25,511 bases of DNA, taken from Abditibacteriaceae bacterium. GTDB lineage: Bacteria > Armatimonadota > Abditibacteriia > Abditibacteriales > Abditibacteriaceae. Position numbers and translations under genes: made by a program. The notes beneath the pieces were generated by a model. That model was not told where the DNA came from, ran no database searches, and saw only the letters and a program-made list of their open reading frames with translations. The stretch is taken from the NCBI GenBank assembly GCA_031372065.1, contig JANMKN010000068.1, positions 1 through 25,511 on the forward strand. Direction: 5' to 3'. Positions within the stretch are counted from its first letter, which is position 1, and each line of letters opens with the position of its first letter. This document shows positions 1-7,669 of the stretch, piece by piece.

Positions 1-13
1 CCTTTAGTCGGGG

Positions 14-47
14 GATTCTTCAGTCGCCGAGGCTCCTTCAGAATGAC
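14..47. repeat. REP-like short palindromic element (GATTCTTC...CAGAATGAC type), possibly part of a larger element beginning before the window
   Basis: gattcttcagtcgccgaggctccttcagaatgac: ATTCT (15-19) pairs with AGAAT (40-44). Resembles intergenic repeats of the GATTCTTCG..CTCAGAATGAC form. Only one copy in the window. Confidence 0.35.
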
Positions 48-66
48 AAAGATCAGAGGGAAAAAT

Positions 67-1536
67 ATGCAGCCAGAACTCGAACATTTACAGGCCGTCA
101 CGCGGCGGCATTTTTTGAAGCGCACGGGGCAACTGAGCCTCGGCGCGATAGCGTTGGATGCCTTGATGGGTAACGTTTCAAAAGCCGCTGACGCGCCCAA
201 AGCGAACAATGCATCTATCAATCCCTTGGCGCCGCGCCAGCCGCATTTCGCGCCGAAGGTGCAGCGCGTCATTTATCTGCATATGTCGGGCGGCCCGCCG
301 CATCTCGACATTTTCGATTACAAGCCGGAATTGGTCAAACACAACGGCGAAAACGCGCCCGATGAATTTATCAAGGGCAAAAAATTCGCGTTCACCAGCG
401 GCACGCCGAAACTGATGGGCACGCCTCGCACTTTTGAAAAACACGGGCAAAGTGGCCTGATGTTATCGGACGCGGTGCCGAATTTTCATGGCATCGCTGA
501 TGAGATGTGCCTCATCAAATCCATGCACACCGATCAGTTCAATCACGCGCCTGCCGAACTATTTTTGTTTACCGGTTCGCCGCGTCAAGGGCGGCCTTCG
601 ATGGGTTCGTGGGTGACTTACGGACTCGGCAGCGAAAACGAAAACCTGCCCGGTTTTGTGGTTCTTATTTCGAGCGGCGTGCAGCCGAGCGCAGGCCAAA
701 GTGCGTGGGGCAGCGGGTTTTTGCCGAGCGTTTTTCAGGGTGTGCAATGCCGCTCCAAAGGCGACCCGGTTTTGTATGTTTCCGACCCGGCGGGCATGAA
801 TCGCGAGATGCGTCGCAAAACTTTGGATGCTTTGCGCGACCTGAACCAAGAACAAGCGCAGGAAATGGGCAACCCCGAAACGGCGACGCGCATCGCGCAG
901 TATGAACTGGCGTTTCGGATGCAAACCAGCGTGCCCGAAGTGATGGATATTTCGCGCGAAACGCCTGCCACGTTGGAAAGTTACGGCGCGCAGCCGGGTG
1001 AATCGAGTTTCGCCAACAATTGCCTGCTGGCACGGCGACTTGTCGAGCAGGGCGTGCGCTTTGTGCATTTATTCGATTGGGGCTGGGATTTTCATGGCAC
1101 CAATCCGAATGAAGACATCCGCGATGGCCTAACCAAAAAAATGCAGCGCACGGATAAACCTGTCGCGGCCCTTTTGAAAGACCTCAAACAACGCGGCCTG
1201 TTGGACGACACGCTTATCATTTTCGGCGGCGAATTTGGCCGCACGCCGTTCCGCGAAGGACGCACCGCCAACAGCCAAGTTTTGGGCCGCGATCACTTTC
1301 CCGATGCGTATTCGCTGATGTTGGCCGGTGGCGGCGTGAAAAAGGGCTTTTCGTATGGGCAAACCGATGAACTCGGCTTTTCTGTGGCCGAAAACCCCGT
1401 TCATATCCACGATTTGCAAGCCACCATTTTGCATTTATTGGGCTTCGACCACAAACGACTGACCTATCGCTTTCAAGGCCGCGATTATCGCCTGACCGAT
1501 GTGTTTGGCAACGTGGTGAAAGATATTTTGGCTTGA
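67..1536 (+). CDS. DUF1501 family protein (alkaline phosphatase/sulfatase-like fold) with Tat-like N-terminal motif
   Basis: Motifs TRRHFLK, VIYLHMSGGPPHLDIFDYKP, RPSMGSWVTYGLGSEN.NLPGFVVL, CLLARRLVEQGVRFV, WDFHG, GEFGRTP, GRDH, HIHDLQATILHLLG. ATG at 67 follows AGAGGG (55-60) and is preferred over the ATG at 43. Confidence 0.9.
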   Translation: MQPELEHLQAVTRRHFLKRTGQLSLGAIALDALMGNVSKAADAPKANNASINPLAPRQPHFAPKVQRVIYLHMSGGPPHLDIFDYKPELVKHNGENAPDEFIKGKKFAFTSGTPKLMGTPRTFEKHGQSGLMLSDAVPNFHGIADEMCLIKSMHTDQFNHAPAELFLFTGSPRQGRPSMGSWVTYGLGSENENLPGFVVLISSGVQPSAGQSAWGSGFLPSVFQGVQCRSKGDPVLYVSDPAGMNREMRRKTLDALRDLNQEQAQEMGNPETATRIAQYELAFRMQTSVPEVMDISRETPATLESYGAQPGESSFANNCLLARRLVEQGVRFVHLFDWGWDFHGTNPNEDIRDGLTKKMQRTDKPVAALLKDLKQRGLLDDTLIIFGGEFGRTPFREGRTANSQVLGRDHFPDAYSLMLAGGGVKKGFSYGQTDELGFSVAENPVHIHDLQATILHLLGFDHKRLTYRFQGRDYRLTDVFGNVVKDILA

Positions 1537-1543
1537 AAAACTC

Positions 1544-1594
1544 AACGCCCAGGCCCGCAGAAATATCAGAGTTTCTGCGGGCCTGGGCGTTTTT
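1544..1594. terminator. Intrinsic terminator between convergent genes, probably bidirectional
   Basis: Perfect 20-bp inverted repeat aacgcccaggcccgcagaaa (1544-1563) / tttctgcgggcctgggcgtt (1572-1591) with an 8-nt loop and a T-run on the + strand. Confidence 0.85.
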
Positions 1595-1621
1595 ATGGCT
1601 TCCGACAATTCCATCGAGTGC

Positions 1622-2326
1622 TCAATTGGTCGGCGTAGTCGTGGTTGTGGTGTCGGCGGTGCCGTTCGCTGTGTTGGTGGCGCTGCGATTGATAATAATG
1701 CGCGCTTTTTCGTAACCGGCGAAAAATTCGGGATGAGTGCGGCGAAAACGGGACATTTGCCGGTCGAGACGCCGATGCAGCAAGCGACTGGTATTATTGA
1801 GGGCTTCGGGCAGCGATTCGGTTTGCGTGGCGCGTCCGACAATCGCCAAGCGCGGCGCGCTTTTGACGCCCGCGAAACGCGTTTTCAAGATGGCTAACTC
1901 GTCCAAATCGGCTTGCGTCACCAAAAACGGTGCTAAGGCGGTCAGATTTGTGGTCACTAAGCCCGCCACCGTATCGCCGATGTTGATTAAATCGTCGTTG
2001 GTCAGCTTATCGAGTCCGTTGCGGGTAATATCCACTTGTGCTTCCAAGTCCAGCTTTTCTTTTTGGGCGGCATAGGCCCCGACTTGATCGGCCAAATCGA
2101 AAATGAGGTCTTCGTAAGCGGTGCGTGCTTGTTCTTTGTCGGCAGTGACGCCGCTGGTATTGCCGCTTTGCTTGGCGCTGATGCGATGAATCACGTCAAT
2201 GTTCGCTTCCAAATCGGCCACAGTTTCCTGCATGGCAGACGAATTGGCCCACACCGCTTGGTTTTCCATCATGTAATCGTGGGTAGCGTTGAACATATCC
2301 ACCCGATTTTGCTGTTCTCTATCCAT
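1622..2326 (-). CDS. Hypothetical alpha-helical protein (234 aa) with Thr-rich C-terminal tail
   Basis: Strong SD (GGAGG at 2334-2338 on - strand, 7 nt before ATG). Amphipathic helical sequence ending FFAGYEKARIII plus a poly-T tail. Ends just before the terminator. Confidence 0.8.
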   Translation of the reverse strand: MDREQQNRVDMFNATHDYMMENQAVWANSSAMQETVADLEANIDVIHRISAKQSGNTSGVTADKEQARTAYEDLIFDLADQVGAYAAQKEKLDLEAQVDITRNGLDKLTNDDLINIGDTVAGLVTTNLTALAPFLVTQADLDELAILKTRFAGVKSAPRLAIVGRATQTESLPEALNNTSRLLHRRLDRQMSRFRRTHPEFFAGYEKARIIINRSATNTANGTADTTTTTTPTN

Positions 2327-2371
2327 TGCCTTTCCTCCAGTCTCGTTTTGTGCCCTCCGCCCTGCGAAGGT

Positions 2372-2412
2372 GCATTAATTCTATTATCGCTCCTTATCAA
2401 TAGAGATTTCAA
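2372..2412 (-). promoter_or_regulatory. AT-rich putative promoter of the 234-aa gene
   Basis: Minus strand has TTGAAA (2407-2412), 18 nt, then GATAAT (2383-2388), with an overlapping TAGAAT. AT-rich island between the repeat array and the SD. Confidence 0.35.
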
Positions 2413-2429
2413 TACCCATCTGACGCAAT

Positions 2430-2702
2430 TTTCCGCGACGCGGAGATGTCATTTCGCGAGCCGGAGATGTCATTTCGCGGCGCGGAGATACGATTTCGCG
2501 ACGCGGAGCAGTCATTTCGCGAGCCGGAGCAGGCATTTCGCGGCGCGGAGATGTCATTTCGCGAGCCGGAGATCGGTTTTCGCGGCGCGGAGATCGGTTT
2601 GCGTGACGCGGAGATGGGTTTTCTCGGCGCGGAGATGCCATTTCGCGAGCCGGAGACACGATTTCGCGACGCGGAGATGCGATTTCTCGGCGCGGAGGGC
2701 CT
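2430..2702. repeat. Tandem array of 13 x 21-bp units, consensus WTTTCGC-G(AC|AG|GC)SCGG-AGNNNNN
   Basis: Units start at 2430, 2451, 2472, 2493, 2514, 2535, 2556, 2577, 2598, 2619, 2640, 2661, 2682 with no indels. CGGAG is invariant in all units. Confidence 0.95.
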
Positions 2703-2722
2703 AAAAAGCTCCTACAACAGGC

Positions 2723-5665
2723 TTACGCGCCTTCGACAAGAGCGATTTCGTCGTCGGTTAATTCATAAAGCGCGTAAACCAACTTATCAATTTGCTTGTC
2801 CGTGGCGCTGATTTGCCGTTGCAGGGCGGTTGTTTCCGGCGCGGTGCGCGCTGTTGCCAGTTGCTTGTGTAAATCCAACATTCGCTCGACCAATTTCACC
2901 ATCTCATCATGCCGCGCCTTGTCGGATTTGTCCGCGAAATCTATGGCGCGAATGGGAATATTTTTAAGGTCGCTCACTAAAACTTTGGGAAATAAAGCCT
3001 TCTTCGCTTTTGGGCTGCGACGATGGTGGCGCCAAGTCATCAGCCACGAATTCAAAATACCCAATAGATAGAAGGGACTTGGGCACTCATTGTCACACTT
3101 TATTGGGATAATATCCCTGCTATGGTAAAGCTCTTGGTCACAGAAAGTTGCAACGATACGGCGGTCATTTCCACCAGTGATTTCTTGAACCAATAATCGA
3201 GAGCCAAGAAAGTTACTTGGATCACGAGGAGCCGATAGCCAAGGGCCATATTTAATGAACCTTTTTTGCGGCCACTTTAAGCTATACCTGCCTAAATCAC
3301 GGCCCACAGCTTCGGTTTTCCATTCAGAGCCTAATTTGGACGGTGAGTGATAGGGCTTTTCTACAACTGTTTCAATTGTATGGACAGTCCCGGCTGGAGC
3401 AATCCCCTTTCCTACTTCATAAGGGTTGTAACCTGAACATGGGCGTGCCAGCGAAGACATTGGAACTGAAAATGAATCAATTCTCTTTAGTAACTCAGTA
3501 TCTACTGAGTTCTCAAAAAGAAAAATCGTGTAATCTGAATCAATGAATTTTGATTGCTCTATTTCTCCTTTTGCCCCTGAATTCTTACTGGGATCATTCT
3601 GGTCGGATATTAAAATCTTCACAGTGTGTGCTTCGCTATGTTGAATGATCGAAACGAGCGTATTAACCTGTGCATCCTTAAAAACAAGCTCTGGCAACCA
3701 TGCAATTGAGCGAACAGCAAAATTGCTCAATACAAAGCGACGCAAGCTGACTGCACTTGGGATGGTAAGCCATGTTACGGGAACTATATATCCGTGATAA
3801 CCAGCAGGTCGGAGTAACTTTAAAGAGGCTTCGTAAAACAAAAAATAGTTCTCGAAACTTCCTTCGCTTGCGGCATAATGCTTTTTAAAATAATCCTTGG
3901 AATCCTGTGTATGAATTTGATGAAAACCATACGGCGGATTGCCGATAATCGCGTCGAAGCCGCCGTTTTTGAGGATGCTGTAAAAACCTAATTCTTTGTC
4001 CTTCCAATCGAAGGCATTAATGCGCTCTTGCTCGGCTTTCGAGTAAGTGTCCCAACCTTTTTCATCGTAGAAATCATGACCAATCAGCGAGTTGCCGCAT
4101 TTGATGTTGGCGTCCAAATCGGGCAACAAGCGTTCTTGCGAGGGCAATAAGCGGCTTTGCGGCGTGGGTGCGCGCTCCGGCGTGCCGTCTTCCAACACTT
4201 TCAAAAGCAGCGATAATTTGGTGACTTCGACGGCTTGCCGGTCTATGTCCACGCCGTAAATGTTGTTCAACAGAATGCGCTTCTTTTCTTTGACGGTGAG
4301 GCGCCACAACGGGGCGGCGCCTTCGGCTTGGTCTTTGGTTTCGCGGCAAATCGGCCCCTCGCGGCGCGCGGCCAACTTTTCCGGCGCGTTTTGCGTGTAA
4401 TAATCGAGATGCCAGTTCAGCAAGAAATCGTAAGCGCCAATCAAAAACGAGCCGCTGCCGCACGCCGGGTCAAGCACTTTGAGTTCGCCCACTTCTTTGG
4501 GCGTTTTTCCCTCGCAGAGCGGGCCAAGCGTTTGGCGCACGATGTAATCCACAATATACGACGGCGTATAAAACACGCCACCCGCTTTACGCACTTCGGG
4601 CTTATCTTCAATTAGGGCGCTGCTTTTTTCGAGGCGAATGACTTTGCCCAAAAATTGTTCATAAACCTGCCCTAAAATCTCGACCGGCACAAGGCGAAAA
4701 TTATACGGCTGCGGCGGATATAACTTGTAAACGATGGAATGCAAAACGCTGTCGTCTATTTTCAAATTCAGCGTGAGGCTGTCGCCCTCGCCGGGCCGCG
4801 CTTTTTCTTTTCCGAAGTGAAACAAACCCGAATTGTAGCGGTTATCGGCCTGCCGGAACAACTCGCCCAGTTCGCCGTAAACGCCTTTTTTGCCGGAGAT
4901 GTTTTGCAATTGCCCGTAAGGTTCAATATCGCGGTCTTCGCAGATGCGTAAAAACAAAATGCGGTCAATTGTCATTTGCACCGCGTAATTCAAATCGGCC
5001 TGCGAGATGCCTTTGTTGTGCCGCGCGATATTTTGCGCTAAGGCTTCGCGCCAGCCTTCGATGAGGTGCAAAAAGTCGGCATCGAACGAAACGGTGCCCT
5101 TTTTCACTTTTTGCGCCGCCTGTTTGTCGAGCGCACCGCCGCGCACCGCCTCTCGCCCGAACAGCGCTTCGATTTCGCTCCATTTGGCGTCGTATTCGGT
5201 GTATTTGCAGTAAAAAGTGCGCGCCGTTTGCGCGCTATCGGTGTTGACCGGCTTAAAGCGGCAATCGTAAACCGCGAACTCTTCAAAATCGGTCAGCACG
5301 CAAAACGGCAAGCCTTTGTTCCAGCCATAAGAGCGCGTTTGAAACGCGGCGCGCAAATCGTCTTTGAGGTTGACCGAGGGTTTTTTCGCTTCGACGAAAA
5401 ACTTTTCCGTATTGCCGTTGCGAAAACAATAATCCGGCTTTTTGTTGGCGCCTTCGATTTTCAGCGGATATTCCTGCACCACTTCGCGCACATTTTCGCC
5501 CGCCTTGGTGCTGTTATCCATGTCCCAGCCCAGACCTTCCAATCCAAAAAACGGGTCAAGAAAATCGCGTCGCAATTGTGTTTCGTTATATTTTCCGGCG
5601 CGGTAATCTTCGCCGTGTTGTTCAAAGCGTTCGACTAATTCGCTAATTTTAGAGGGAATCGGCAT
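2723..5665 (-). CDS. Type IIG restriction-modification enzyme (fused PD-(D/E)xK endonuclease, N6-adenine methyltransferase and target recognition domain; Eco57I/BpmI-like)
   Basis: N-terminal NETQLRRDFLDPFF, KPDY...FFVEAKKP, LTDFEEF. MTase: GVFYTP, motif I VLDPACGSGSFL, IYGVDID, motif IV IIGNPPY. C-terminal YLLGILNS and IDKLVYALYELTDDEIALVE. Confidence 0.93.
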   Translation of the reverse strand: MPIPSKISELVERFEQHGEDYRAGKYNETQLRRDFLDPFFGLEGLGWDMDNSTKAGENVREVVQEYPLKIEGANKKPDYCFRNGNTEKFFVEAKKPSVNLKDDLRAAFQTRSYGWNKGLPFCVLTDFEEFAVYDCRFKPVNTDSAQTARTFYCKYTEYDAKWSEIEALFGREAVRGGALDKQAAQKVKKGTVSFDADFLHLIEGWREALAQNIARHNKGISQADLNYAVQMTIDRILFLRICEDRDIEPYGQLQNISGKKGVYGELGELFRQADNRYNSGLFHFGKEKARPGEGDSLTLNLKIDDSVLHSIVYKLYPPQPYNFRLVPVEILGQVYEQFLGKVIRLEKSSALIEDKPEVRKAGGVFYTPSYIVDYIVRQTLGPLCEGKTPKEVGELKVLDPACGSGSFLIGAYDFLLNWHLDYYTQNAPEKLAARREGPICRETKDQAEGAAPLWRLTVKEKKRILLNNIYGVDIDRQAVEVTKLSLLLKVLEDGTPERAPTPQSRLLPSQERLLPDLDANIKCGNSLIGHDFYDEKGWDTYSKAEQERINAFDWKDKELGFYSILKNGGFDAIIGNPPYGFHQIHTQDSKDYFKKHYAASEGSFENYFLFYEASLKLLRPAGYHGYIVPVTWLTIPSAVSLRRFVLSNFAVRSIAWLPELVFKDAQVNTLVSIIQHSEAHTVKILISDQNDPSKNSGAKGEIEQSKFIDSDYTIFLFENSVDTELLKRIDSFSVPMSSLARPCSGYNPYEVGKGIAPAGTVHTIETVVEKPYHSPSKLGSEWKTEAVGRDLGRYSLKWPQKRFIKYGPWLSAPRDPSNFLGSRLLVQEITGGNDRRIVATFCDQELYHSRDIIPIKCDNECPSPFYLLGILNSWLMTWRHHRRSPKAKKALFPKVLVSDLKNIPIRAIDFADKSDKARHDEMVKLVERMLDLHKQLATARTAPETTALQRQISATDKQIDKLVYALYELTDDEIALVEGA

Positions 5666-5792
5666 AAAGATATTGTCACCGATTTAGTTATGGGGAGGCA
5701 ACACACAGGCATCGCCCCAATTTAGGGCAGGTTGTTGTGGCAAGTCATTAAAGCGGCGCCTCAATTTCATTTTCAGGCAGTCAAAAATTCCG

Positions 5793-7040
5793 ATGACAGA
5801 AAATTCGCTTTCACGCCGCACATTTTTGGCTTCACTTATGGCAACTACGATTGCGTCTCAATTGCGCGCTGATGATAAAAAGATTCCCAAGATTTTGCTG
5901 CGTTCTTCGTGGCAAACGGTGAACATAGGCGACATCGCGCACACGCCGGGCGTGCTGCGTTTGCTGGAGCAATATATTCCCCAAGCGCAGGTGCAACTGT
6001 GGCCGAGCAGCGTCGGCGATGGCGTTGAGGAAATGCTGCAACGTCGCTTTCCGAAAGTGAAAATTCTCAAAGGCAGCGACTACAAAGAGGCCTTCAAAGA
6101 ATGCGATTTCTTTTTGCATGGCTCCGGCCCCTCGCTGGTCGCGCAAAAGCATTTGGCGCAGTGGGCCAAAGAAACCGGCAAGCCGTATGGCGTTTACGGC
6201 ATCACACTGGGCAGTTTTCTGGGCAGCGTGGATGCCGAAGCCAAAGAACTTCTCAGCAACGGCCAATTTTTGTTTTGCCGTGATAGCGTTTCGCTGCAAG
6301 TGGCTAAAAACAGCGGCGTGCGTTGCCCAATTATGGAATTTGGCCCCGACGGTGCTTTTGGCGCCGATGTGCGCGATGACAAGCGGGCCGCAGCCTTTCT
6401 CAAAGCGAATAATCTCGAAGACGGAAAATTCCTGTGCTGCATTCCGCGCCTGCGTTTTACGCCCTATTGGAAAATCAAGCCGAACGTGGCTTTTGATGAA
6501 AAAAAGCACGCGCGCAACGAAGAAATGCGCGAACATGACCACGCGCCGCTACGCGAATGCATCACGCGCGTTGCCCGCGAAACGCCGCTTAAAGTTTTGC
6601 TATGCCCCGAAGACAAAAGCCAGATGGAAGTCGGCAAGCAAAATCTTTACGACCCGTTGCCAGACGACGTGAAAGCCAAAGTCGTCTGGCGGGCCGATTA
6701 TTGGCTGACCGACGAGGCCCTCAGCACTTATATTCGCTCGGCAGGCTTGTTTGGTTTAGAAATGCACTCGCCTATTATGTGCATCGGCAACGGTGTGCCC
6801 GCTATTGTTTGCCGCTTTGCCGAGCAAACCAGCAAAGGCTTCATGTGGCGCGATATTGGCCTGAACGATTGGCTTTTCGATATGGATAAGCCCGAAGACA
6901 TCGCGCGCCTGCCCGAAACAGTTTTAGCCCTCGCCAAAGACCCGCAAGGCGCCAAAGAAAAAGCCAACTCCGCGCGTGAATTTGTCCAAAAGCGTCAACG
7001 CGAAACAATGGCGATTGTAGCCAAATCAGCGGGCGCGTAA
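5793..7040 (+). CDS. Polysaccharide pyruvyl transferase family protein with Tat signal peptide
   Basis: SRRTFL twin-arginine motif; SSWQTVNIGDIAH, FLHGSGP, FCRDSVS, FGPDGAF, GLEMHSPIM motifs of the PS_pyruv_trans family. Confidence 0.8.
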   Translation: MTENSLSRRTFLASLMATTIASQLRADDKKIPKILLRSSWQTVNIGDIAHTPGVLRLLEQYIPQAQVQLWPSSVGDGVEEMLQRRFPKVKILKGSDYKEAFKECDFFLHGSGPSLVAQKHLAQWAKETGKPYGVYGITLGSFLGSVDAEAKELLSNGQFLFCRDSVSLQVAKNSGVRCPIMEFGPDGAFGADVRDDKRAAAFLKANNLEDGKFLCCIPRLRFTPYWKIKPNVAFDEKKHARNEEMREHDHAPLRECITRVARETPLKVLLCPEDKSQMEVGKQNLYDPLPDDVKAKVVWRADYWLTDEALSTYIRSAGLFGLEMHSPIMCIGNGVPAIVCRFAEQTSKGFMWRDIGLNDWLFDMDKPEDIARLPETVLALAKDPQGAKEKANSAREFVQKRQRETMAIVAKSAGA

Positions 7041-7410
7041 AGCAGAGCATAATTCCCCATTTGCAGGTTGGCCCTTTATCGTTTGTGATACTCGTTTGCG
7101 GCCCTTTTACATTTCGCGCCAGACAAAAACTTCCTCGCAAAAACTTTCTCTTCGATTGAGTCCCTTACGCCGCCACAAATCACGACAATTTGTTTCTATA
7201 TATCGGCTCTGGAACACCCCTAATGCAAATGATACATCTATGGCTTGACTTTTATGGAACTTAAACAATGCATTAAAGGACTATTAACGGCTTCTCGGAG
7301 TGAGAAGATGCTACTGATGACAAAGCAACCTTTAATCGCCTGCCAAGTAAAGATGGTTACAGTATCCTGTGTTCGTTATTGCTTGAACCTTTGCAGAACA
7401 GACTTTAGCA

Positions 7411-7450
7411 TTGCCGAAAAGTAGGATTTTTCTACAATTCATGCTATGAT
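7411..7450 (+). promoter_or_regulatory. Putative sigma70-type promoter for the CSLREA gene
   Basis: TTGCCG (7411-7416), 16 nt, TACAAT (7433-7438); also an extended -10-like TGCTATGAT at 7442-7450. Confidence 0.35.
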
Positions 7451-7669
7451 GTATGCGAAAGTGGCAATAAGAGGTGCAAATCATAGCAGTAAGCAATGGG
7501 GCAGAATCCTGAACTTCATACCAGTGAGGTTTACTGGTAGTTTCAGGTGGCTGTTGCTGTGATTTTTCTTTGCAGATATCGTTGTCAGGATGGCATCTCC
7601 AGATACATCGATAGCGACCTGCATTATTGAATTAGGGAATCTTGTTGTCCGTTTTTTGAAGGAGACATT

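Noticed and set aside
43..66. Longer start for the DUF1501 gene
   Set aside because: The ATG at 43 lies within the REP-like element; the ATG at 67 has the SD-like sequence.
2430..2702. CRISPR or TIGR array
   Set aside because: The period is only 21 nt with about 5 variable bases that recur between units. There are no unique spacers of guide length and no cas or Nop-domain gene in the window.
2036..2811. Plus-strand ORFs 2036-2704 and 2446-2811 (FRDAE/FREPE repeats)
   Set aside because: They are open because the repeat unit lacks stops, and they overlap real - strand genes. In the FRDAE frame variation falls mostly on codon positions 1-2. No SD.
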